Assembly (NCBI GenBank): GCA_964373125.1
Contig: CAYJSN010000001.1
Span: 34,130 to 98,129 of the forward strand
Direction: 5' to 3'
Source: an uncultured Nitrosopumilales archaeon
GTDB lineage: Archaea > Thermoproteota > Nitrososphaeria > Nitrososphaerales > UBA213
DNA length: 64,000 nt
Positions 8,775 to 18,113 of this stretch are shown piece by piece; position 1 is the stretch's first letter; each line of letters starts with the position of its first letter. Under the pieces are notes generated by a model, which ran no database searches, was not told where the DNA came from, and saw only the letters and a program-made list of their open reading frames with translations. The position numbers and the translations under genes are program-made.

Positions 8775-11700
8775 TCTCGTCCACCTTCATGTATAGGTCG
8801 ACCATCCCGGTCCCGACCGGGATCGTGGAGCCGACAATGACGTTCTCGGTGACGCCCCTCAGCGCCTCCACTTCGCCCTTCAGCGCGGCCTGGGCTATGG
8901 TTGGGACGGTGATCTCGAAGGCCGCCCTTGCCAGCACGCTGGACTTGGTGCCGGCGATGCCGTGCCTGCCTATCTGCTGCAGGTATCCCTTCGATGTCAT
9001 TACATCGGCGACCAGCATTATGTGCCTGATGTCGACCTCGAGGCCCTGCTCCTCCAGTGTGTTGGCTATCTCTTTTATCAGGGCAGTCCTGGCAGCCTCG
9101 ATGCCGAGGGTGTTCGCGACCTCGTAGACATTGTTGGTGATCGTCCTGGCCGGGTCGATGCCCTCCACCGGCAGGACCTTTTGTAAGTTTGAACCAGCTG
9201 TCTGTATCACCCACTCCTCGCCCTGCTTCACGACCGTAACTCTTTCTATGTCGGGCACGCCCCTTATCCTGGTGGCGAGCGTCTTTGACCTCAGCGTGGC
9301 CAAGGTCTTCGAATCGCCCGAGGTGGGGCTCTTCACCGTCAGGGTGTTGCCCTTGTTGCTTATGTCGAGCTTCTTCTTCGATGCCTTGAGGATGCCGTTG
9401 ATCGTCTCCATATCGACGCCGCGCTCCTCCATCTTCTCCCTGCTGAGGATGAACTTCAGCGTTGAATCATAGTCGGTCTCGACCCGGTCCGTCAGGTCGT
9501 TGAGCCTGGTGAAGAGAATCTCCTTCGCGATCTCCAGGGCCTTCTCCCTCGACTGGCTGAACTCCGGCTGGAGGTAGATGTCCATCGTCGGGGTGACCGG
9601 CTTCTTCCTGGCATCGACCAGCTCGATCAGCCTCGGCAGTCCCAGGGTGACGTTGCGCTCCTTGACGCCTGCGAAGTGGAACGTCCTCAGGGTCATCTGG
9701 GTGCCCGGCTCGCCTATCGACTGGGCTGTAACGACGCCTATGGCCTCGCCCGGCTCGGTGTGGGCACGCTCGAAGAGCTCGAGGGTATGCTTGCAGGCCT
9801 TCTCCGCGCCCTTCCTGCTGAGCTTGTTCTTGGTGAGCTCCTCCTCCAGGCTCTCGGTGATCCTCGGGTTCAGGTCCTTTGCGTACTTGCTGACTATCTC
9901 CTTGATCTCGGCCTCGGCTGCCTTCTTGCCCTCGTCGATGACTGTCTCCGATGCCACCAGCCGCTCTAGATTAACGGCGTTGCCGTGGTCGCTCTTTGCG
10001 GGGTCGATGCCGTCCTCGCCGTAGAGGAACTGGATAATGTTCCCGTGCGGGTCCCTCACCGTCTGGTCGTACTCTATCTTCAGGTGCTCCAGCGCGTTGA
10101 TCAGCCTGCGCTGCATGTAGCCGGACTGCTGCGTCCTCACCGCAGTATCGACGAGTCCCTCCCTGCCGCCCATCGCGTGGAAGAAGAACTCCAGCGGGTT
10201 GAGGCCATCCCTGTAGTTTGACTTGACGAAGCCCTTCGCGCCCGGGTTGGTCTCGTCGGGCATGTAGTGGGTCAGAGCCCTGTTCTGGTAGCCCTTCTCG
10301 ATCCTCCTGCCCCTGATGGACTGCTGTCCCAGCGCGGCGGTCATCTGCCCGATGTTCAGCGTCGAGCCCCTGGCACCCGTGGAGGCCATTATGACTCCGG
10401 GGTTGTTGTCCGGGAACGCCCTGTCGGCGGTCCTGCCGGCCTTGTCCCTTGCCCGGGCGAGCTCGTTCACTATCTGGAGCTCGAGGGCCTCCTCGGCCGA
10501 GAGGCCTCTGGTCAGCGCGAGCTTGCCCTCCTTGTACTGCTTGATCAGATCGTGGACCTTGGCGTAGGCGTTCTCGACCAGGTCGTCTATCTCCTTCTTT
10601 CCCTCTGCCGTCAGCAGCAGGTCGTCGTATCCGTAGCTGAAGCCGTGGTGGGTTATGAAGGTCTTCAGCATCGTCAGCACGGAGTTGAGGAACCTCCTGG
10701 CCGCTTCGTTGCCGTAGTCCTTTGCTATCCTGTGGAGGACGCTGTCGGGCTCCTCGGCCCCGATCGATGCCTTGTCGATCACGCCGCTGATCAGCTCGCC
10801 GTTCTTTATCACCACGTCCAGGGTCTTGCCGGTCTTTGAGGACTTCATCCACTTCGAGGTTATCGCGTAGTTAAAGTCGTTCGGGAAGAAGAGGGAGAAG
10901 AGCTGCCTGCCGGTGTAGTACTTTGTACCTTCCTTGGTCTTTGCCGGCTTCGGCATCGGGCCGGTGTAGCCGCCAACGAGCGCGAGGTTCATGAACTCCT
11001 CCTCGGCCAGGAGCGTATCCTCGCGGGTGAGCAGGTAGGCTGATGTTATAAAGTCTCTTATGCCGCCGATTATCGGGCCGCCGTACCTGGGCGATATCAG
11101 CTGATCATGTACCTGCATCAATAGCTTGGCCTCGGCCCTGGCCTCCTGGCCCTGCGGTACGTGCAGGTTCATCTCATCGCCGTCAAAGTCGGCGTTGTAG
11201 GGCGGGCAGACCGCGGGGTGGAGCCTGAAGGTCCGGTAGGGCAGCACCTTGACAAAGTGCGCCATTATCGAGATCCTGTGCAGCGACGGCTGCCTGTTGA
11301 ACATCACCACGTCGCCGTCGGAGATGTGGCGCTCCACTATGTAGTTCGGCGCCAGCGAGTCGGCGACGGGCTGCCTGTCGGTCACATAGTCGAGCCTTAT
11401 CTTCACCCCGTCGGGCCTGATGATGTAGTTGGCGCCGGGGTAGTTGTTCGGACCGTTCACTATCAGCTTCTTCAGCCGCTCGATGTTCCATTCTGATACA
11501 GTCTCGGGTATGGTGAGCTTCTTTGCCACATCGACCGGGACCCCGACTTCGGAGATGTCCAGGCTCGGGTCGGGCGAGATCACGGTCCTGCTAGCAAAGT
11601 CCACGCGCTTACCGGAGAGGCTGCCCCTGAACCTGCCCTCCTTCCCCTTCAGCCTCTGGGTCAGGGTCTTCAGCGGCCTGCCGGACCTATGGTGGGCCTG

Positions 11701-12570
11701 CGGGATGCCCGAGACCTCGTTGTCGAAGTAGGTGGTGACGTGGTACTGGAGTAGGTCGACCAAGTCCTGCACGATAAGTGGCGGAGTTCCAGCTTCCTTG
11801 CTCTCCTTCAGCCTCTGGTTGACCCTGATTATGTCGACGAGCTTGTGGGTGAGGTCGTCCTCCGACCTTATGCCCGTCTCCAGTATGATCGATGGCCTGA
11901 CAGTGACTGGCGGGACCGGCAGCACCTGCAGGACGAACCACTCCGGCCGTGCGGTCTTCGGGTCCAGGCCGAGCAGGACGAGGTCGTCGTCCAGTATCTG
12001 GGAGAGCCTCTCGCGTATCGTGATCGGGAGGAGCCTGTTCTCGCCGATGTCCGTCTTCTCGATGAACATGGTCGGCTTGGTGAATATGATATCGTACTGC
12101 TCCTTGCCGCAGTGCGGGCAGGTCTTTATCTTCTTGGCCTTGTCTATGATCTCGGCGCGCACGCGCACCGAGGCCACCACCGCGTAGGCCTGCTTGCTGG
12201 TGAGCTTGGCCCTATACTCGTCAAGCTCCTCCTGAGAGAGCTTTATCCTGTTGCAGGACCTGCATACCGTCAGCAGCAATTTATGAATGTCATCCACGAA
12301 GGCGATGTGCAGCACCGGCTCCGCAAGCTCGATGTGCCCGAAGTGGCCGGGGCACCTGGCCGATGTGTTGCCGCAGGTTGCGCATTTCTGGCCTGGCTCC
12401 AGGGTGCCGAGCCTGTTGTCCATCAGGCCTCCCTGCACCGGCATGCCGTCCTCGTCGTAGGTCTCCGGCGCCGTTATCTCGGCGACCGAGTACTTCCTGA
12501 TCTCGCTGGGGGACCAGACGCTGAACTTTATCCCGCCGATTATCTTGATCGACTCTTCCATGATGCTCAT
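8767..12570 (-). CDS. rpoA: DNA-directed RNA polymerase subunit A, unsplit (A' and A'' regions in one 1267-aa ORF)
   Basis: N-terminal zinc motif CATCGN..CPGHFGHIEL, catalytic NADFDGDEMN, and an A''-type C-terminus (trigger loop region to ..VGTGMVDLYMKV) without interruption. Confidence 0.95.
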   Translation of the reverse strand: MSIMEESIKIIGGIKFSVWSPSEIRKYSVAEITAPETYDEDGMPVQGGLMDNRLGTLEPGQKCATCGNTSARCPGHFGHIELAEPVLHIAFVDDIHKLLLTVCRSCNRIKLSQEELDEYRAKLTSKQAYAVVASVRVRAEIIDKAKKIKTCPHCGKEQYDIIFTKPTMFIEKTDIGENRLLPITIRERLSQILDDDLVLLGLDPKTARPEWFVLQVLPVPPVTVRPSIILETGIRSEDDLTHKLVDIIRVNQRLKESKEAGTPPLIVQDLVDLLQYHVTTYFDNEVSGIPQAHHRSGRPLKTLTQRLKGKEGRFRGSLSGKRVDFASRTVISPDPSLDISEVGVPVDVAKKLTIPETVSEWNIERLKKLIVNGPNNYPGANYIIRPDGVKIRLDYVTDRQPVADSLAPNYIVERHISDGDVVMFNRQPSLHRISIMAHFVKVLPYRTFRLHPAVCPPYNADFDGDEMNLHVPQGQEARAEAKLLMQVHDQLISPRYGGPIIGGIRDFITSAYLLTREDTLLAEEEFMNLALVGGYTGPMPKPAKTKEGTKYYTGRQLFSLFFPNDFNYAITSKWMKSSKTGKTLDVVIKNGELISGVIDKASIGAEEPDSVLHRIAKDYGNEAARRFLNSVLTMLKTFITHHGFSYGYDDLLLTAEGKKEIDDLVENAYAKVHDLIKQYKEGKLALTRGLSAEEALELQIVNELARARDKAGRTADRAFPDNNPGVIMASTGARGSTLNIGQMTAALGQQSIRGRRIEKGYQNRALTHYMPDETNPGAKGFVKSNYRDGLNPLEFFFHAMGGREGLVDTAVRTQQSGYMQRRLINALEHLKIEYDQTVRDPHGNIIQFLYGEDGIDPAKSDHGNAVNLERLVASETVIDEGKKAAEAEIKEIVSKYAKDLNPRITESLEEELTKNKLSRKGAEKACKHTLELFERAHTEPGEAIGVVTAQSIGEPGTQMTLRTFHFAGVKERNVTLGLPRLIELVDARKKPVTPTMDIYLQPEFSQSREKALEIAKEILFTRLNDLTDRVETDYDSTLKFILSREKMEERGVDMETINGILKASKKKLDISNKGNTLTVKSPTSGDSKTLATLRSKTLATRIRGVPDIERVTVVKQGEEWVIQTAGSNLQKVLPVEGIDPARTITNNVYEVANTLGIEAARTALIKEIANTLEEQGLEVDIRHIMLVADVMTSKGYLQQIGRHGIAGTKSSVLARAAFEITVPTIAQAALKGEVEALRGVTENVIVGSTIPVGTGMVDLYMKVDESE

Positions 12571-12573
12571 TGG

Positions 12574-15500
12574 CTACACCTTGTCCTTCACCAGCAGCCT
12601 CGGCGCAACGTTGAGGCTCATCATCTCCTGCAGCAGCAGCTTGAACGCGTAGGCAATCGTTACTGAAGAGACCTTGGCCTTGTCGCCGCAGACCTTGCAG
12701 ATGTACCTCCTCTGCTTGATGTCGTAGAATGCCAGCAGCCCGCACCTCTCGCAGGCGTAGATCTCGGCCTTGTCTGACTCTTCTAGGAGCCTGTCCTTCA
12801 GCATCATCGAGGCGCCGTAGGCTATGAGGCAGTCGCGCTCCATCTCGCCGAACCTGAGGCCACCTCCCCTGGCCCTTCCCTCGGTCGGCTGCTTGGTGAG
12901 CATCTGGACCTGGCCCCTAGCCCTAGAATGAATTTTATCGGCGACCATGTGGTGGAGTTTTTGATAATACACAACACCGATGAAGACGTCGGCCGGGAAC
13001 TTCCTGCCAGTCCTGCCGTCGTACATCGTCTCCTTCCCCGTGTACTTCAGGCCGTACTTCTCCAGCGTCGACCTGACATCGCCGATCTTGTCGCCGACGA
13101 AGGCAGTGCCGTCGACGATCTCGCCGCCCATCGAGGCGGCCTTGCCGGTTATCGACTCCATGAACTGCCCGACGGTCATCCTAGACGGGAACGCGTGCGG
13201 GTTGATGATCACATCGGGTACGACGCCCTGCTCGGTGTAGGGCATATCCTCCTGGTTGACTAGCAAACCTATCACTCCCTTCTGGCCGTGCCTGGAGGCG
13301 AACTTGTCGCCGATCTCCGGGATGCGCATGTCCCTCACCCTGATCTTGTAGAGCTTGCCGCCCTCCACCGACTGGGTCATCACAACGGTATCGACGACGC
13401 CGGTCTCTGATGGCCTAACGCCAACGCTGGTGTCGCGCCTGTAGGGCCCCTTCACCTCGAACTCCTTGTACTCCTCCATGAACCTGGGCGGGCTGGTCCT
13501 CCCAATCAGGATGTCGCCGCCTGTTACAACGGCCTCGTGCATTATCGCCCCGTCGGGCTCGAGCAGCCTGTAGGCCCTCTCCCCCCTGTAGCCCCTGATG
13601 TTGGCCTCGCTGGCCGGGACCTCGAAGTTGTCGCGCATCCCGCCCGGGTACTGCTTGGCCTCCGCCTCGTAGACCCTGTAGAAGAAGGTCCTGGACAGGC
13701 CCCTGTCGACAGATGACTTGTTGAAGACCACGGCGTCCTCGATGTTGTAGCCCTCGAACGGCAATACTGCGACTATACAATTTTGGCCTGTCGGCCTCTC
13801 GTCAAGGCCGAGCAGGTTCACGGCCCTAGTGTGGACCAGCGGCACCTGCGGGTAGAGCATGAAGTGCTGCCTGACGTAGGTGCTGAAGTTCATCAGCGGC
13901 GTGGAGAAGCCGAGCGACTGCTTCGCCATCGCGGACTCGTAAGTATTCCTCGGAGACTGGTTGTGCTCCGGGTACGGGATCATCGACGCAGCAACGCCCA
14001 AGATGGCCGGCGGGAATATCTCCAGGTGCGTATGCTTCTTCTTCAGGCTCTCCAGATCCAGCGCAACGTAGCAGTTCTCCTCCTCGTTGGCGTCAACAAG
14101 GTCGATCACGCCCTTGACGAGCAGGTCCTGCCAGGATAGGAATCTTTTCTTCACCTTTTCGAGGTCGTCCTCGGTGCTCAGCGGCTTCCCGTCCTTCGCT
14201 ATGATGAGCGGCCTCAGCACCCTGCCCGCGTTGCAGTTTATGTAGATCCTGCTGGTGGCGTTCTCCACCCTGGACTGGTAGTAGTAGACGCCGACGTGGG
14301 GGGGCAGCTTGCCGCTCCTTCTCAGCGACCTGAGCGTCTCTGCGAGCTCCTGGCCGCTGTCCACGTATCCTATCAGGCGCCCGTCGACGAAGACCTTGCT
14401 GCCGTCTTCCTTAAGCTTATCCTTCGCATCGGTAACGTGAACCACGCCCAGCTCGTAGAGCTTCTCCACGACCTCGGCCGTGGGCACGCTGATGGAGATT
14501 ATGGCCGAGAGCGCCAGGTTCTTCACCAGGCCGCAGTTCGAGCCCTCCGGGGTCTCGTTGGGGCATATCCTGCCGAAGTGGGTCGGGTGCAGGTCCCTCG
14601 CCTCGAAGTTGGGCTGGCTCCTGCTCAGCGGCGACTGGACGCGCCGCAGGTGGCTTATCGTGGAGAGATAGTTAGTCCTGTCGAGCAGCTGGGTCACGCC
14701 GACCCTTCCCCTGCCCCAGTTTCCTGTTGCAATAGCGTTGTTGAGCTTGTCGGTTATTATCCCCGGTCTTACGGCTGCTGTCACAGCATTGATGCCGCGC
14801 TTCTGGCCCGAGCGCTCCAGCTGGTACTTCATATCCCTGATCAGGTTGCGGAAGGCCGTCCTGAAGAGGTCGGCGAGCATCTGCCCGGCGAACTTGACCA
14901 CCTTGTTTCCGTAGTGGTCCTTGTCGTCCGGCTCGACCCAGCCGAGCTTGAGCTCGACGAGCTTGCAGGCGGCCTCGCCCAAGAACAATGCCTTCTCCTG
15001 CCTATTCTCGACGCTCTTGCCCAAATGTGGTAGAAGACCCCAGTCCAGCAGCGTCTCGGTCCTCTTGATCTGGAACTCCTCCAGCATGCCGGGCGCGATC
15101 CTCTTGCTTATGTAGACGATCGCTTCCTTGCTGGACCCTACGCCCTCCGACTTTTCGAAGGACGGCTCCAGCTCGTCCTGTATGACCGGCTTCACCGAGA
15201 CGGCGTCCGCGATCTCCTTGTCCGACTCGAGCCCGAGGGCACGCATGAGTATGACCAGGGGTATATCGACAGGCGAGCCGGGAATCTTGGCAGCTATCGA
15301 CCCTTCCTGCTTCATTATCAGCTCCAGCTTCGCCCTGTAGCCGACGATCGAGGAGTAGACCTTGGCCTTGTGGACGAGGGCGTTGCTGACCTCCTCGGTG
15401 TCCACGATTATCTTGTTGTAGGAGAGGTCCTCGAGCCCCACGATGACGCGCTCGGAGCCGTGGATGATGAAGTAACCGCCTGGGTCCCTGGGGTCCTCGC

Positions 15501-15927
15501 CCAGCTCGACCAGGTTGTTGTCCGGGCGGTTGTGCAGCACGCAGACCTGGGACCTGTCCATTATCGGCATATCGCCCACATGTATGGGCCTCGACTCGAG
15601 CACCTTGCCGTCCTCAACGACGCTGCACTCCAGCATTATGGGCGCGGCATAGGTGAGGTTTCGCAGCCTGGCCTCCATCGGCGTGACGTGGGTTATCGAT
15701 CCGTCGAGCTCCATTATCCTGGGCCGCTGCAGCTTCACCTTGCCGAGCTTGATCTTGTACGGGTACTCGGCAGCCTCGATCTCGACCTCGTTGACCTCGT
15801 CGATGATGCTCTGGATGCCGCGCTCTATGAACTCGTTGTAGGAGTTGAGGTGCTGCCTGGCGACGCCCTCGCGCCTCAGTATATCATGAATTATGGGCCA
15901 CAGGTCTAGGCTGGTCTTGGACGTAGG
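12574..15927 (-). CDS. rpoB: DNA-directed RNA polymerase subunit B (unsplit); start codon undefined
   Basis: Rpb2-like throughout (GDKFASRHGQKG, zinc ribbon CERCG..CKVCG). Conserved N-terminal sequence continues 63 codons upstream of the listed GTG (15738), right up to the rpoH stop. See finding. Confidence 0.9.
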   Translation of the reverse strand, partial: PTSKTSLDLWPIIHDILRREGVARQHLNSYNEFIERGIQSIIDEVNEVEIEAAEYPYKIKLGKVKLQRPRIMELDGSITHVTPMEARLRNLTYAAPIMLECSVVEDGKVLESRPIHVGDMPIMDRSQVCVLHNRPDNNLVELGEDPRDPGGYFIIHGSERVIVGLEDLSYNKIIVDTEEVSNALVHKAKVYSSIVGYRAKLELIMKQEGSIAAKIPGSPVDIPLVILMRALGLESDKEIADAVSVKPVIQDELEPSFEKSEGVGSSKEAIVYISKRIAPGMLEEFQIKRTETLLDWGLLPHLGKSVENRQEKALFLGEAACKLVELKLGWVEPDDKDHYGNKVVKFAGQMLADLFRTAFRNLIRDMKYQLERSGQKRGINAVTAAVRPGIITDKLNNAIATGNWGRGRVGVTQLLDRTNYLSTISHLRRVQSPLSRSQPNFEARDLHPTHFGRICPNETPEGSNCGLVKNLALSAIISISVPTAEVVEKLYELGVVHVTDAKDKLKEDGSKVFVDGRLIGYVDSGQELAETLRSLRRSGKLPPHVGVYYYQSRVENATSRIYINCNAGRVLRPLIIAKDGKPLSTEDDLEKVKKRFLSWQDLLVKGVIDLVDANEEENCYVALDLESLKKKHTHLEIFPPAILGVAASMIPYPEHNQSPRNTYESAMAKQSLGFSTPLMNFSTYVRQHFMLYPQVPLVHTRAVNLLGLDERPTGQNCIVAVLPFEGYNIEDAVVFNKSSVDRGLSRTFFYRVYEAEAKQYPGGMRDNFEVPASEANIRGYRGERAYRLLEPDGAIMHEAVVTGGDILIGRTSPPRFMEEYKEFEVKGPYRRDTSVGVRPSETGVVDTVVMTQSVEGGKLYKIRVRDMRIPEIGDKFASRHGQKGVIGLLVNQEDMPYTEQGVVPDVIINPHAFPSRMTVGQFMESITGKAASMGGEIVDGTAFVGDKIGDVRSTLEKYGLKYTGKETMYDGRTGRKFPADVFIGVVYYQKLHHMVADKIHSRARGQVQMLTKQPTEGRARGGGLRFGEMERDCLIAYGASMMLKDRLLEESDKAEIYACERCGLLAFYDIKQRRYICKVCGDKAKVSSVTIAYAFKLLLQEMMSLNVAPRLLVKDKV

Positions 15928-16182
15928 CTATCCCTCCACAACATACCTGTAGTAGACGCTCTCGCCCGCGGTGGGGCTCTTCCTTGTGATCTTTATGACA
16001 TCGCCTGGCTTTGTCCCCAAGTCCTTCAGCGACGGGTCTGACGACAGTATGAACGGCAACTGTGCGTGCTTTGCATTGTACCTCACCAGGACCTCGTCGG
16101 CATCGCGCTTTGGCAGAACCTCGTGCTTTGGCACATACACGTGCTTCAGCACATCGAACTCATTCTTCGACTTTTCCGACAT
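15928..16182 (-). CDS. rpoH: RNA polymerase subunit H (Rpb5 C-terminal domain homologue)
   Basis: HVYVPKHEVL..., LP.I...DP....G.KPGDVIKI.R.S.TAG..V.YR.VV. Start taken at MSEKSK (16182). Confidence 0.9.
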   Translation of the reverse strand: MSEKSKNEFDVLKHVYVPKHEVLPKRDADEVLVRYNAKHAQLPFILSSDPSLKDLGTKPGDVIKITRKSPTAGESVYYRYVVEG

Positions 16183-16479
16183 GACCAAGACCCCCATACA
16201 TAGCATCTGCTGATAAGCGAAACAGATGACGCGAATTCAAACTGGCTGTTTATTTAAAGGTACTTATATAAATCTTGTGGAGTTTGCATCGTCCGGCCCG
16301 GATCGTGATCCCGAATTTCTGCCGAAAACGGTTGCAAGTTTTAGCTTAAATTACGACCGCCCGCCACTACTCGCGCGACCGAGACTTTGCCAAATACAAA
16401 ATGAATGTAATTGACAGCCGGGCAGAGAGAGATTCATAATAAAAGGATATATAGTCATGGGCACGATAGGTCGTCCAGA

Positions 16480-17310
16480 ATGGATACCAAGCATTACACA
16501 AAGTACAGCATCGCAGTTGCAGTGATTGCATCACTGGTATTAGCGGTTCCACAGATCGCATTTTCGCAGGCAGGCCAGCTGACGGTAAGTGCCGACAAGG
16601 AGAGCTATATGATGGGCGACACGATAACCGTGACCGGCAAGGTTCCGGCCGTTATCGAGAACGTGCCCGTCGCAATCCAGGTATTCAACCCCAGAAACAC
16701 GATGTACACGATCGGGCAGCCGTTGCCCGGGGCTGACGGCACCTACACATTCACCTTCAAGGTCGGCGGCAAGCTGGGAATTGATGGCGTTTACACGGTA
16801 AAGGCGACATACTCTGGACAGACTGCGCAGTCAACGTTCCAGTTCACCGGCGGAGGAGGACCACCTACACCGGCTGGCACTGTGCGAGTGACGTTTGAGG
16901 GCAACACATTCGACGTAAAGGCATCGCTCAGCAACGGAAGCATCAAGTCGATCGATGTCGACCCAGACTTCACGAGCTTGGTTATCTCGGTGAGTACTGG
17001 CGCCAGCGATGGTACCCTGACGATCACACTGCCAAGGCAGCTGATAGATGCGAAGATTGACGGCGACGACGATGCATTCATAGTGCTTGTGGACGGCGAC
17101 GAGGCTGAGGCTGACGAGACATCCACTACATCCACCGAGCGAACTCTAAGCATACCGGTGCCAGCAGAAACCGAGGAGATCGAGATCATAGGAACACAGG
17201 TGATACCAGAGTTCGGAATTCTGGCGGCGCTGGTCTTGGCTGCTGCTGTCGGTGCGATCGTTGTGATGAGCAGAAGGACTCAGCTGCTGAAGCTGTTGCC
17301 TTCGCACTAA
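16480..17310 (+). CDS. Secreted surface protein with PEFG-type C-terminal sorting signal
   Basis: Signal peptide (MDTKHYTKYSIAVAVIASLVLAVPQIAFS), Ig-like region, acidic linker, then PEFG + hydrophobic helix + RR tail (17206-17307). Confidence 0.7.
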   Translation: MDTKHYTKYSIAVAVIASLVLAVPQIAFSQAGQLTVSADKESYMMGDTITVTGKVPAVIENVPVAIQVFNPRNTMYTIGQPLPGADGTYTFTFKVGGKLGIDGVYTVKATYSGQTAQSTFQFTGGGGPPTPAGTVRVTFEGNTFDVKASLSNGSIKSIDVDPDFTSLVISVSTGASDGTLTITLPRQLIDAKIDGDDDAFIVLVDGDEAEADETSTTSTERTLSIPVPAETEEIEIIGTQVIPEFGILAALVLAAAVGAIVVMSRRTQLLKLLPSH

Positions 17311-17315
17311 CCTCA

Positions 17316-17330
17316 CTTTTTATTATTTTA
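17316..17330 (+). terminator. Oligo-T tract after the surface-protein gene
   Basis: actttttattatttta lies directly after the stop at 17310. Archaeal terminators are typically T-runs. Confidence 0.3.
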
Positions 17331-17388
17331 TCGACCGGGCCCACCGGCAGGAAGAAAAAATTTTTCTATAAACAGGACATAGAGATGG

Positions 17389-18111
17389 TTGTTGTTGCAC
17401 ATCGTTGTCGTGATACCCACCTACAATGAGCGCAGGAACCTGCCGCGCCTGATAGAAGCACTCGAGAATGTTCTCGCTTCGGCGGGCAGCGGCCAGCGTA
17501 TCCTGATCGTGGACGATGACTCGCCAGATGGTACTGGTAACCTCGCGGAGGAGCTGGGAAGGCAGCACGGCAATATCTCCGTGCTGCACAGGAAGACGAA
17601 GAAAGGGATCGGCTCCGCCTATAAGGACGGCTTCAGGTACGTCCTCGAAAGGTTCGACCCCGACGTGGTGGTGCAGATGGACGCGGATAACTCCCACGAC
17701 CCGAAGTACATACCCGAGATGGTGAAGATGATCGAGGAGGGAAACCACCTGGTCATAGGGAGCAGGCGCGTCGGGAGCGGCTCCGTGGTCGGGTGGGGCT
17801 ACTACCGTAAGTCTGTGAGTTCGGTCGCCAACATGATTGTGCGGATGACCTGCGGCCTCGATGTGAGGGACACAACGAGCGGGTATCGTGCATACAGCGC
17901 CGGGTGCCTGCGGCAGATCGACCTCGGCTCGATCAGATCGGACGGCTACGCGTTCCAGATCGAGATGCTCGCGGCGGTAAAACGGACGGGCCACAGGATA
18001 TGCGAGATCCCGATAACCTTCGTTGACCGCAGGGAGGGCAGGTCGAAGCTAAGCCCGGGCGAGATGTTCGAGTTCCTAGGCGCCTGCGCCAGGATGATGT
18101 TCGGCAGATGA
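17389..18111 (+). CDS. GT2 glycosyltransferase, dolichyl-phosphate mannose/glucose synthase-like
   Basis: VVIPTYNERRNL, DDDSPDGT and D.D..HDP motifs of the Dpm1/GT2 family. Confidence 0.8.
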   Translation: MLLHIVVVIPTYNERRNLPRLIEALENVLASAGSGQRILIVDDDSPDGTGNLAEELGRQHGNISVLHRKTKKGIGSAYKDGFRYVLERFDPDVVVQMDADNSHDPKYIPEMVKMIEEGNHLVIGSRRVGSGSVVGWGYYRKSVSSVANMIVRMTCGLDVRDTTSGYRAYSAGCLRQIDLGSIRSDGYAFQIEMLAAVKRTGHRICEIPITFVDRREGRSKLSPGEMFEFLGACARMMFGR

Positions 18112-18113
18112 TA

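Noticed and set aside
9971-10852. 293-aa Arg/Gly/Gln-rich ORF. Other long alternative-frame or antisense ORFs behave the same way (for example 637..1323, 17323..17994, 27580..28650, 53531..54457, 14296..15033).
   Set aside because: They lie entirely inside strongly conserved genes (rpoA, leuS, GT2, cupredoxin, acyl-CoA synthetase, rpoB). They have low-complexity Arg/Pro/Gly-rich composition typical of spurious ORFs in GC-rich DNA.
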